A DNA stretch of 61,947 nt, filler included. It is 9 parts of 9 records of this genome, joined end to end, with 100 filler letters (N's around TTAATTAATTAA, not from the genome) between each part and the next. Parts side by side here need not be neighbours in the genome. Positions count along the whole stretch, not along the records: positions 28,705 to 38,112 come from SRR7504441_6869; positions 38,213 to 44,994 come from SRR7504441_6873; positions 45,095 to 51,291 come from SRR7504441_6880; 6 more parts are not named here. One strand, given 5' to 3'. Under the pieces are notes generated by a model that was given only the letters and a program-made list of their open reading frames with translations, searched no databases and was not told the origin of the DNA. Shown here in pieces: positions 37,099 through 48,900 of the stretch. The translations under genes were made by a program, and so were the position numbers. Each line of letters begins with the position of its first letter. The stretch's first letter is position 1.

Positions 37099-38112
37099 CT
37101 AGCGTCGTTGTTGAGTGCGCTGGATCAGTTGCTGCTGTAGTTGCATGATCTGCCCACAACCCCCGTGAGCTCACCATCAGCCAGCACGAAACCTGGTTGA
37201 TCTGCTGCGGATTCACCCCACTCTGCACCATCTGCTGCGGCGTCAGCTGGAGCAACTACCCCCCGGCTCGCCCCGCCCTTGCGCTCACCACACCTGCTGC
37301 ACCGTCGCAGTGGCAAGGTCCTGATTCGCGGCGTTGAGCTGCGGTGCCCCTGGCTGTGCCCGACCGGGCGGCTGCGGTGCCGCTGGCTGGCCCATCCCTG
37401 ACTGGAGGAACGGCTGGGCTGGGGCCAGTTGTACAGTAGCCCTTCCTGATCCTCCACCGCCTGACCTGTGCATCGGAGGCCCGCTCGGACGGATCTGCTG
37501 CTGCATCGGCATCAGCCGCTGCACGCCCGGCTTTGTCTCCTTGGGCTCCTCGGGCGCCGGCACGCTCATGCCTAGCAGCTCCTGTGCCTGGAGAAGCGCG
37601 TGCGCTAGCTGAGGGTTTTCTATTAAGACTTGTCTAGCGTGCTCCGGTCGCGACTCGACCAACTCCTTCATCCGTGTGAGGATCTCGTGCAGGTGCGGCA
37701 CCGGCAGCTGGGCCAGCGTCTGCTTCACTTTGGCCTGCCCGCACACTCAGCCGGGAGCCAGCCGGCGGCACACCAGCGATTCGGCCACCGGCGTCGGCGG
37801 CGGGGCGCCAGCCTGCACCAGAGGCTCAGCCGGAGCGGCCGCGGGTGCACCTCTTCCCGGTTGCCGTGCCCGTCGCTGTCCGGGAAGTTTACTCGGAGCA
37901 CCCGCCCTTCCAGGGTGTAGCCTGCCCCGGCGGTCGGCGGGCCCCGGGCGGCCGGGCACCGTTCAGGTTGCGCATGGCGGACTGGGCCGAGGCATGGTCG
38001 CGGTACTCGCAGAACCCAAACCCCCTGGGCTTACCCTCTTGGTCGCGCATCACCCTGCGGGCTGTTGGGCGGGCGGGCGGGCGGGCGGCGCCTGAAGTTG
38101 AGCACGGGACCC
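37099..38112 (-). CDS. CSTF2: cleavage stimulation factor subunit 2 (CstF-64/Rna15), 5' truncated, 5 introns
   Basis: RRM GPVLNFRVMRD--GKPRGFGFCEY-D---A-SAMRNLNG, hinge P--ARQVLIENPQLAHALLQAQ, and C-terminal QQLLQLTP-Q...QI-QL-QQL. Confidence 0.92.
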
Positions 38113-38212
38113 NNNNNNNNNNNNNNNNNNNNNNNNNNNNNNNNNNNNNNNNNNNNTTAATTAATTAANNNNNNNNNNNNNNNNNNNNNNNNNNNNNNNN
38201 NNNNNNNNNNNN
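38113..38212. other. artificial contig spacer
   Basis: N44-TTAATTAATTAA-N44. Confidence 0.98.
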
Positions 38213-41200
38213 TTCATTCCAGAATCCGTTGTACTCCTCGCCCTCCGGAGTGCGGTAGTGGCCGACCCCGTGCCTGAGGTCATCAACCCATTCACCGTCG
38301 TATGTCTGCTTCTTAGGTCCCTTCCAGCGTCCTCGTCCATGCTTTTTGCCCTCGCGGTAGCTGCCCTGGTACTGTTCGCCTGCCACTCCGCCTTGAACCT
38401 CGCGGCTGGAGAGCGGACCACGCGGAGATGGCGGGATCTCTATCTCATCGTCGAGCCCTTCACCAGACCTTGGCATGGCGTCCTTGCTGCCGGGATCCAC
38501 TCGACAGATCTTGGGGAGCCCCACTTGTTTGATATGAGTGTGCTTTGTGAGCTGCTGCCTCTCTCTTTCAGTCATTGGGATCTCGCTCCGCCGGTTGGGC
38601 ATATCAGGCAGGTTGGCCATGAGATCCGGCATCTCCTGCTTCCGGTATGGCTCCAAGTGCTTTGCTCTGTCATCCACAAGCATGCCAGTGATCTTCTCAA
38701 AGTAGTGGAGTAGAGCGTTGGTGGCCCTCTCACCATAAGTCTGCTTGGTTGCAGTAAAGAACTGGATCCAGAGCCCAGCTGTCACACTGCCGCTGCCATC
38801 ATGCTTCAGTGAGCTGAGCAGCTTGCTTGCGCCCTTGTGGATGCCAGTCACTTCGTCCATGCTCAGCACGCCGTCCTGATTGGCATCGACAGTCTCGAAA
38901 AGCAGCTGCGTCCTCCTCGTCTGCTGGTTGCTCAGGGTCAAGCTTTGGCCCAGCGAGCGACAATCCACCACTTCGCTTCGGCATTGCTGCGATTCGGCCT
39001 CCAGGCCGGCCAGAAACTGCTCAAACTTCTTCTCGCCACCCGCGTTTTTCACCCCCACCATGTACCGCTGCCACTGTTGGAGTGTAATCTCGCCAGAATT
39101 TTGGTTGTTCATCACTTCTGTGAGCCGGTCCACCGACTGATAGTGGACCATGAACACTTCTGCATGCTCAATAATGCCTGAGCCATCCGTGTCGATCACA
39201 TTGAACAGCTGATGAACCCTCCGAGCATGTTCAGTCGACAGCCCCTCTACTGTGACATCTTGCGGGACAAACACTCGCTTGTTCATTTGCTGTGCGCTGC
39301 ACGCTGCGTTCTTGTGAGCTTGCTCGTGCTCCGAGAGCTCCTCCAGTGTATTCACAAGTGCGCCAATCATCGAATCGACAGGCGTGGTGTCCAGCTTCTC
39401 GCCTCTCATCCGCATAGCCAGCGTTCGAACCACATCAACATGAGTCGAGAGCTCTCCCACTGGCACCTACCCGCGAGCTCAGACAGGCTGTCAGGCAGAG
39501 CCATCTCACCGCCTCTGAGAGCAGCCGCTCGAGGCATGCCACTACTGCAGACAGCATGGCCTGGAATGTGCCAGGCCCACTCGGCTGTCCACATTCGCCG
39601 AGATAATGGAGCCCCTCCTTCCCGCTGTTGATTGCATCTGCTGCGTGCACTCGCGCTGCATGCAGGTGCCGCTCCACTTGCAGCTTGAGCACTGAGCTGT
39701 TCACCCGAGAGATCACCTGCACCATTCATCACACCATGCAAGATCACACTAGCCACCTGGACCAGCTCAGTGAGCCGCTTGGCCTCTTCAGGCTGATCAT
39801 CATACTGCAGCTCCATCGCAGCAGACCGCATTCGCCCAACGACATTGATCAGCTCAGTGTGTCGCACAGCTGGGTTGTTGCCCAGCTGTATCAGCAGCTC
39901 GAGCACTGCAGTTACAATATCGGCTTGGCGCAAGCCCAAGCCCTTGAGGTGCTCGTGCACTGATTGCATCTGCTGGATGCAAGCCGCCAGCAGCTCTCGC
40001 TGGGTACTCTCCAGCTCATGCAGCGCCTTGTCGGCCGCACTCTTGCCCTCCCAGTGGAATTTGAGGAGGCTCGGATGATTCTGGTTGGTTCCCAGATCCA
40101 GCACGCAACTCGACGGGATGTTAACCCGCGAACCGATGTCGTGGCCCGGCCTTGAGCCACTGGGGCTCGCAAGCTCGTTCTGGCGCGGCGACTGAGCTGC
40201 GGTCGAGCTTGAGCGCTGCGGTGTGCCCGGATGATCTGTAGCTCTGCTCTTGGCCTGTCGTGATACCTCTGTGCCCTCCTTATGATACACCACATACAGC
40301 TCGCCCTTGCTGGTGAGCAAACTGCCCTCGCCGTGCTGTTTGCTCCGTTCGAAAGTGCCGGTGTACACGTCACCGTTCTTGTACGTGTACTTGCCTTGAC
40401 CTTGCATATTGTTCTCGTGCCAGACTCCGTCGTACTGATCGCCCGCTCGCTCTCCAGCTGCAAACAGGTACAGCCCCCGGCCGTGCCGCTTGTTCCCTTT
40501 GTAGTTGCCAGTATACCTAACCCCCAGACTGAGCTCTTGCTCGCAGACCACAACTCACGTCGCCCCGGACGGCCATGTGTACTGCCCGTGGCCTTCCTTC
40601 TTGTCATTCACGTAGCTGCCCTCATACCGCTCTCCGTTCTCCCAGGTGAACACTCCCTCGCCGTGCATCACGTCTCCATGCCACTCGCCCTTGTACATAT
40701 CGCCCTGCTTGTTTTGGTACACCCCGAACCCTTGCCACACGTCGTTCTCGAAATCGCCCTCATACGAGTCGCCCATCGCATTACTCCACTTGCCGCCACG
40801 TCCGTGCTTCTTCCAGCCTTGTACTGGCCCTTCATACCTGCCCCCGGCTCAGCTGTGTATTTGGTAGCCGCTCACAGTTCGCCCGATGCACTTGTGAGTT
40901 TCATGTGCCCCTGCGGCTTGTCATCCCGCCACGCGCCCTCATAACGCTCGCCAGTCGGCAGAGTGTAGGAGCCTTGGCCGTTCTTGCGGTTGCATTCCCA
41001 GCAGCCTTCAAACACTTCGCCTGCCAGCGTCACTAGCCTTCCTTGCCCGTGCTTCACGCCCTCGAAGACGTCAGCTTCCCCCTGATAGCTCCCCGTGTAG
41101 CTGTTGCCCCGGAGAGTCACTGGGGTCTGCAACACACACTCCAATCAGGCACCACAGCCGCAAACACGCACCGCGTAGCTGTGGCTGCTGCAATATACTC

Positions 41201-42546
41201 CAAACATCTGAACCTGCCCACAGGCGCTCGACCAGCTCACCCAGCCAGCCACGCACCGAGCCGTTCCTCCCGAGCACGACTGTGTGCCGCGCCCCGCAGC
41301 ACACCTCCACGATCGGCTGGCCACCCAGCGGCACATGCTGCGGGCTGCAGTCGTTGGTTTCCTTGCTGTACCCGAGCTGGCCCCGGTCTGAAGCTCCGCA
41401 GGTAAACACGCGGCCGTCGCTCAGCAGGAAACACGAGTGCTCCCTCCCAGCGGCCACTTGGACTACGCCCAGCGGCAGTTGCACCGGCATCGGGCAAGCC
41501 TGCTCATCCCAGCCTGCAGCGTTGCCGTTACTCGCACGATCCTCGTAGTCAATCGGGCTGGTTGCCCGGCCGAGCTGTCCAGAGCTGTTGCACCCGAATG
41601 AGTAGCACAGCCCGTTCGAGTCGGTCACGAGCGTGTGGCCGGCGCCGTGCTGTGCCCCGTAGGCTCCACCGCAGCTCGCCTGGCACAGCAGCACGCCCTC
41701 CTGCCGCAGCTGACTGTGGCTCGCTGGGCTGCGGACAGCCGATCTCTCGTCAAGTGCATCTGTCAGGAAACTCCGCTGCAGGCAGACCTCAGCTCTGGCT
41801 GCGGGTCGTACCGACCTGCCAGTCGCTGTCTGATTCTGGAGCCATCCCCAGCTGACCCTCGCCGCTATCTCCCCAGACAAAGAGTTCGCCATCCGCGCAC
41901 GCTGCCGAGTGCCGCGGTCCAGCCTGCCCAGCGCTTGCTGGCGCCAAACCCGGCACCTCGCACCGCAATTTGCGAGGCCTTGTTCGCCAGCTGTCTCACC
42001 CCGCTTCGCGGAGCGTCGGACCCGATTCCGAGCTGCCCGAGGGCGTTGTCGCCACAGCTGAGTACCTCCCCTTGCTCTGTTAGGAAGAGCGAGTGCAGTC
42101 CACCGCCCGCCACTCGGGCAACCTTAGCCCCGCTGATCGGCAGCAGCGTCGGCTCCGTCAGTTTGTCTCCGACCAGTCCTGTGAGCATGGTCAGACCCGG
42201 CGACCGGCCGGCACGGACCGAGCTGGCCAGCGCGATTGGCGCCACAGCCATACACGCGGCCATCCTCCAGCAGGAATAGAGTGTGCTCGGCTCCGGCTGC
42301 GACCTGACGCAGAGCTGCCCCGGCCAGCGCCTCCACCCTCGTGGGCACAGGATACTCCGGCCGGTTGTTTGGGTGGCCACACTGCCCGCTGGGGTTGTCC
42401 CCAAAGCTATAGACCGCGCCGTCGACGCCCACCACGATAGAAAAGTTGTGCCCAGCGGCCAGCCGGCAGCTTTGGGCCCGCGGGCACGCCGACTGCGGCC
42501 TGGAGTAGCTTGCATCGACGACTGTCGTCGACTGAGGGGCCACCAT
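38213..42546 (-). CDS. RCC1 repeats + MORN repeats + helical region + EF-hands + MORN repeats (3' truncated)
   Basis: RCC1 motifs (AAGxxH...VYxFGxNxxGQLG), MORN motifs (YEGxWxxxxxHGxG), and EF loops DTDGSGIIEHAE and DANQDGVLSMDE. Two introns near 41125-41255 join RCC1 to MORN in frame; splicing near 39470-39720 is less certain. Confidence 0.78.
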
Positions 42547-42991
42547 CAAGCTAGCGGGCCGACATCGAACTCGAAAATTGAACCCGGCCCGGTCACGAGT
42601 CAGCACTGCCCTGCCGATGACACTGCTGATGACACTGATGATAAGACCCAAGCTCTACAACGGGGCTGACGGCGCGTAGCAGAGCCCGAGTCTAGGTCTG
42701 TACTAGGCAACATCACTGATCACGTATGCACATAGCTGGTGTTTAGATACTCTTTAGTTTGCCTCGTCGATGAGGATCAATCGATCACTGAGGACGTGGA
42801 GGACGACAGCAGCGAGTTTACGAGTTGAAGCGAGCGAGAGTAGATCAGGAGCGACTGGTCTGCAACTCTACATTGTCACTGCGCTGTACGTACGCGAGTA
42901 GTTGCGCTCGTGGAGCTCGAGCCAATGAGGTGTACGCACTTAGTAGCCGAGTAGCCAGTGTGCGGATTCAGATCATGATTACTTCCGTGAA

Positions 42992-43628
42992 TCATGTGTT
43001 CGGCTTTACCTTATGTAGCTTATACTTGCGGTCGTGCCGGCTGGACAGCGCCTGGTGCACCCGCTCTATCTCGCTCTGCGCGAACATCCCCGCAATCCGC
43101 ATCTTGCCCACTATAGCCGCGTCCCGCTTCTCATCAGCCGCCTTGTTCGCCTTGTACAGCCGCCTTAGCCTCGACACTGGGTCCATCGGCCGCGCTGGCG
43201 CGTCCCCCCGGCCCACCCCGCCTGCCACCGACAGCATCATCTCGGCCCCGGCCGCTCGCGCCATCTCCGCCTGCTCCACCAGCTGCCCCTGCTCCGCCGC
43301 GCGCTGCCGCCTCCCCTCACAGGCTGCCCGGCCGGCCGGCCCTACCTGGCTCCGCGCGAATCGGCCGCCGTCCAGTCTGAGTTCCATCTGATCCAGCATC
43401 TGGTCCTGGCCCCGGCCTCGACCCACCGAGCGGTGGGGGGCGCACCTGATCCGAGTAGCCGGCCAGCCGCGCCGGAGCGCGCGAGGCCGCCAGCGCTGCA
43501 CCCCACCGGTGTGCCCTTGGCCGGGCGCAGCGGGCACCGAGCCAGGCCAAGAGCAGCACACAGCCCGCAGCACGGTGCTGCATCTCCGCAATCCGACGAA
43601 GACTTTCTTTTCTTTTGATTTTCTGTCA
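42992..43628 (-). CDS. small hypothetical protein with short introns
   Basis: GC-rich segment with GT..GCAG intron-like stretches and a helical C-terminal frame; family not recognised. Confidence 0.35.
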
Positions 43629-43895
43629 TTTCTAAAGACAATAGAAGGCCGCGCAGCTCAATTAAACTTACGAGCTTGGGACATTATGGCTTGCGCGAAC
43701 AGGTTGGTGCAGTGGCCCAAGCCTTCATGACCCAGTTACGATAATAAATATTAAAGAAACCTGTAGACGAGCGGCCCGAGACAAACCACTTGTTTGTCAT
43801 AACGCTCATGCGTCGCGCGTGCGTTGAAACCGTCGGCCGAACGGCTAATTAGACGCAGCTGGTTTAGCACGCTACTACCGGCACCCGGCTAGGGC

Positions 43896-44414
43896 TCACG
43901 AGTCTGTCTCCATGGGCGCTGCTGCCGGCGGGTTCGCCGCCTTGAACTTATCCACGCTGTCCTGGAACGTGGCCTGTGTCCAGCCCGAGCTGGCGCCGCC
44001 CAGCCCCAGCCGCACCTTGACGTGGTCGGTCACGCTCATCAGCTCGAGCAGCCCGTTCTCAAACGCCTCGGCCGCCTTGACCTTGCCTGGGCCCCGCTCA
44101 GCAGCCCCCCCCCCCCGCTCGCTCGCCGTTGGTCTGCACTCGGAGGTTCATCAGCGGCTCGGCCGGGTGCGGAATCGAGTAGCCGCAGAAGCTAATGTCC
44201 GGGCTGCCCGCGGCTCGGCCGGCTTGGGGGGCCGGAGGCACTTCTTCATAATCATGTATCGGAGCGCGTTCCCCAGCGTGTGGTCCTCTCCGGTGAACTG
44301 GAAGGTGGCGCAGTTCTCCTGCCCCACGCGGCTCAGCAGGGGCCGCCGGATCCGACCGCCCACCTGGTCCGCCGGGCTGCCCGCCGCCGGCACCAGGGAC
44401 AGCCCGCTCTCCAT
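43896..44414 (-). CDS. POLR1D: RNA polymerase I/III shared subunit AC19, 4 introns (one GC-AG)
   Basis: The spliced product reads [48 protein letters not shown]. Confidence 0.95.
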
Positions 44415-44524
44415 GCCGGCGCTGCTCCGCGGGCGCGACGGCTGAATAACGGACACTGCTTCTGATTCATTTCATGTCGCGTTGAGGCGAGTGGCTCGAG
44501 AACAACGCCCCACTGCAGTCGGAG

Positions 44525-44994
44525 ATGGCGGACCCCAAGCCTCGGGTGGCTGGCCCGGCGGCGCGCGTGACCCGGCGATCGCAGGTGTTCACCTGGGCCG
44601 ACCTCAAGGCCACCATCCCCTCCCCCAACACCGAGGTCCAGCCGGCCGGCCGGGCCTGCCCACCCGCCCGCAGACCCCGTCGGTCCAGCTGCCGCCCGAG
44701 ACCAAGCCGGCGGCCCCGGCCGCGCAGCCGGCGAAGCTGCCGCCGGCCGACCCGGCCCGCTCGTCGGAGCTGCTCGAGGCCACTTACGCTAAGCTAAACC
44801 GCGTGCAGCAGATGCGCGAGGTGCCCCGATTCCCGGCCCCAGCCGAGCCACCCAGCAGAAAACCGAGGCCCAGCAGCGCCAGCGGCTGTCCGACTCCACT
44901 CCCGGGGGCGGCAAGTCCGTCAGCCGATCGGTGCCCCGCCGGTCGGCCGGGCTCGACTGGGTGGCAGGGCAGCCAGATGCCGCTCCTCTCGCCT
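44525..44994 (+). CDS. hypothetical Pro-rich protein, truncated
   Basis: ATG 110 nt from the divergent POLR1D start, with intron-like segments; no family motif. Confidence 0.35.
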
Positions 44995-45094
44995 NNNNNN
45001 NNNNNNNNNNNNNNNNNNNNNNNNNNNNNNNNNNNNNNTTAATTAATTAANNNNNNNNNNNNNNNNNNNNNNNNNNNNNNNNNNNNNNNNNNNN
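44995..45094. other. artificial contig spacer
   Basis: N44-TTAATTAATTAA-N44. Confidence 0.98.
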
Positions 45095-45803
45095 CCGCCA
45101 TGTAAACATGCGCCAGCCCGGCCACAGCCCCGATGATCCAGGACTTGTTGTCGTTCCGGAGCGACCGGCACCAGAAGTAGAAAGTCATCATCATGGCCGA
45201 GATGGCGATCGACTCGTTGTCGTATCCGCCGCCGACCGACCGCATGATGTGAGCCGGGATGATCGCCATGATGGCCGAGGCCGCAATCCCGGCGTTGACC
45301 GAGCCGGAGCATTCGAAGGTGAGCAGCCCCAGGAAGGTGGTGGCCACGACCCCGAACCAGGCCGGCACGAAGCAGCAGACGTCGTTCAGGCTCATCCCGA
45401 AGCTGGTCATCTTCATGGCGCGCCAGATGGCCACCGAGGTGATTTGCATCCCTGGGTAGATGGTGGTGCCCACCGGCCGGCCCAGCGGGTACCAGACCAT
45501 GTAGTCGAACCATGTGAAGAACTTAGTCCAGCCGTTGTCGGCCAGATACTGGGTCGCCCGGAAGTTGAACCACGGATCGAACTCGTGGATCACCTTGCCG
45601 TAGTTCTTGATGGCGTACAGCCGGATCTGGTAAGCCTCCCGTCCGATCCAGGCGAGCAGCAGCAACCGGAGCACCCAAAGCGCCGCCACCGCCGGGAGCG
45701 GCCAGCTGACTTCCTCGGGCAGCTCGTCTTCGAGCTTGGCCGAATCGGTCGGCTTGGGCGAGGCCTCCTTTGTCGACCCCTTCTTCTTCTTGGACTGCCC
45801 CAT
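45095..45803 (-). CDS. STT3: oligosaccharyltransferase catalytic subunit (3' truncated)
   Basis: VIHEFDPWFNFRAT, WFD---WYPLGRPVGTTIYPG and RSVGGGYDNE. The true start is MGQSKKKK. Confidence 0.97.
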
Positions 45804-45963
45804 CCTTCTCTCTCCTGTCCGCGCTGCCGGTCCTTCCTCGACGGAAGCTCGTGCCCCCGTGCAACGCGCGCGGTGACGCAGCCACAACGGACGATAACGG
45901 CCGGCTAAAACGGGATCTGGCAGCAGCGGCTCACCGCAGAGCCCTAGCTCGGCGCTGGGCACG

Positions 45964-48900
45964 ATGCGGGAGGGCAGCAGGAGCCCGGAGGCGCTGCGGG
46001 CGCACCTGAGCGCCTGCCTGGGCGCGGCGGCTGGGCACGCCGACCGGCTGGCCCAGGACTGGGCCCACCAGCCCGGCCAGACCGACCGGCAGGCCGTCAG
46101 CCAGGCGCTGGACGCCGCCGCTGAGCGGGCCGCCGCCGCCCAGCTGCAGTTGACCACGCCGGAGCCGCCGCCGGAGCCACTGTCGGACGAAGAGCCGCTG
46201 TCCGATCCGGAGGGCGACGAGCCGCCGGACCCGCAAGCGGTGCTCGAGCTGCTCGGGGCACTGATTGACAAGCGCGACCGGGCCGCCACCGCGCTGAGCA
46301 GCCCGACCCGCCCAGCCACAGCGCTTGCGCCGGTGCCGCGGGAACCACTGGTTTGCCCGCCCAGCCCAGCCCCCGCGGCACCGGCTGCGGAGCCAGCGGG
46401 AGGGCAGTCCGCGGTGGCCGGATGGGCGCCCGAGCTGAAAGGCGAGCTCAGGAAGCGGCTGGCTGAGGCGGCTGGGCGGATTGAGCGGCACTACCTGCGC
46501 CGGGAGCGGAGCCAGGTGTCGCGGGTGGTGGCCCGAATGCACAGGAAGCATGCTCGTGAGTTGGAACAGCAGCTGGCCGCGGCTAGGGCAGTCAGCCTGG
46601 CCGAGGCTCGGAGGGCACAGGCGAGCGACGCGTTCCATCGGGTGGTGCCTCGGCAGCTGCGGATGTTGGACAGCTCAGTGACCGGGCTGGATCTGGGCCC
46701 TGTAATGTGGCACGGCGCTACACAGACAGACCCACCACCTGCGACCGCCGATGCAGGCTCGCAGGCGCTGTCCGTGGAGCAAAAGCAGCTGGTGGCGCTC
46801 CGGCAGATGGACCACACGGTGACAAGTTGCCGGTGGCCGCAGGGGAACAAGGCAGTCATGGTGCCTGCCTCGCTGGGAGTAGTGTGGAGCTGGGTGTGGC
46901 AGGTCTGGCAGGCTGGGTATCGGCGGCAGCGAGCAGCGCACGAGACCAGGCTTCAGATGCGGGCGGCAGAGGGACGGACGATCGGGCTGCTCTGGGCGCT
47001 GGTCCAGCGCAAAGAAGCGCAGGCTAACCGGCTGATGACAATGCTGATGCACGCCCATGGGCTGCTGCTAGGGGCTATTGACTGGCATGGCGCGCCCGGC
47101 GCATGGGTGAGCCTGCGAGAGCTTGCGGGTGCTGATCAGTGCAATGTAGGTCGGGTGCGCTGCGATGGTCCGACGGGGCGCCAGGGGGTGCGAAAGGGGG
47201 GCTGATGGGGTGGCCGGCAAGCGCGGAGTCGGGAGACAGGCGGTTGGCAAGAGGTTGGAGGAGATTGCAGCCGGGCTCGAGATCGGAACAGAGACGGATC
47301 CTGAAGCCGCCGTGCAACTCGTCTGTCAGGAGCAGCTTGGGCTTGGAATTGGGGTAAAATGCGTGCTTAACCAGCTCACTCAGACACTTCAGCTTGTGAA
47401 ACGGATTCGAGATTCACACATCGGTGCAGGGAAGGACGCCCCTCAAGGGGAAGATGGGCCAGCCGAGCCTGCTGGGGGAGGGGATGCGGATGACTGGTGT
47501 ACCGTCCTGGGCGTGGGGAGTTCAGTCACTGTGTTTCAAGATCAGCAGGACTGGGTCGAGAGCTCAGCTGAGCATGTTGCTGGTCTCTGGCAGCGGATGC
47601 TAGAGGGGTTGCCGAGTACTGCCCAGGCTGAACCTTGGTCTGAGGAGACACGGCAAAGAGTAGTGGGGCACACACGGGCAAAGGAGCTGGGAGGGGGTCT
47701 GCAGCTTGAGCGGCTGCTAAGCGAAGCTGCAAAGTTGGGGAGTGGGTTGACATGGAATGAAGCTGCTGTGATCCGACAGACAGCCGCTGAACTACAGCGC
47801 AGTCTAAGTCTGATCAAGAGTCGCGAGCGCAAGATATGGAACTTATTTTCTGAGAGCATTGACAAGCTCAAAGCCCCTGCGCAGGTCGGCATCTTGCAGT
47901 GGCTCCAGCAACGTTTGGACCACTTTATGGAGGTCGAGAGCGCATGTAATGAGAATGTCGAACACTTGGCTTTGGCGGTAATGCAGCGGGGGCAACAGCT
48001 CATCGCTGAAGGTATCGAGGAGGCTGGGTTCTTGCTGGTCGATTTAGGGCAGCGACTTGGGCTCTTCAAGCCTGAAGATGTCAGCAACGCGCTAGTGAGT
48101 AACAATGTCGATAACGTGATGGAGTTATTGACGGTCGAGCATGACCAGTTCAAGCATGTATTAGCTGGAAACCAGGCGCATGCTGTCGAGGCCTTGGCGC
48201 TTAGGCTTCGTATAGCATTTGGTTTAATGTTTGAGTGTCTACAGATTAAGCTGCTGATGAAGAACGCAGCTGGGCGAGTGGCACTATGGCGGGCTAGGAC
48301 GCTGGCTTATCAGTGTGTCACGCTGGAGCGATGGCGGGGTACAGGGAAAGTGTTGGTGCACATAGTGGCGAGATCTCTCGCACGAGGAGAAGCAGATAAA
48401 CAACAGCTTGCTTTCACGCTGCAGACAATGTTCCGAGTTAAAAGCGAGGACGATCGAAGGCAAGCCGAGTTCAGAGAGAGGGTGGCCCAGAAGGAACTTG
48501 TGGCGTGTCAGGAAGAACTGGCCCTCCAGAAGAAGCTAGTCCGGCTGAATGAAGGTCTTGCTGCTGCTTCAGGTGCAGTTTGGCATGCTGTGCTAAGGAA
48601 TCGAATACACAACCTACAACAGTGGAAGTGGTTTACACAGCAAGCTGCCCGTGAGAGAGAACAGCGGATGTACCAGTGCAAACAGATGATCCAGATGGTT
48701 TGGACAACCTTCGAGCGGTGGTCCGATGTGGGGAAAGCTTTGGCCTTTAGGCACTGGTGCGGTCAAATATTGGCCCTGCATGCACGGCGCGAGGCAGAGG
48801 AGCACGCTGCAGACGAATTGCGTGAAGAATTTGAGCAGGAGAAGGCGGCTTTAGCAGAAGAGCTGCGTGAGACCTTTGAAAAGCTCGAGGCTGCCAAGAG

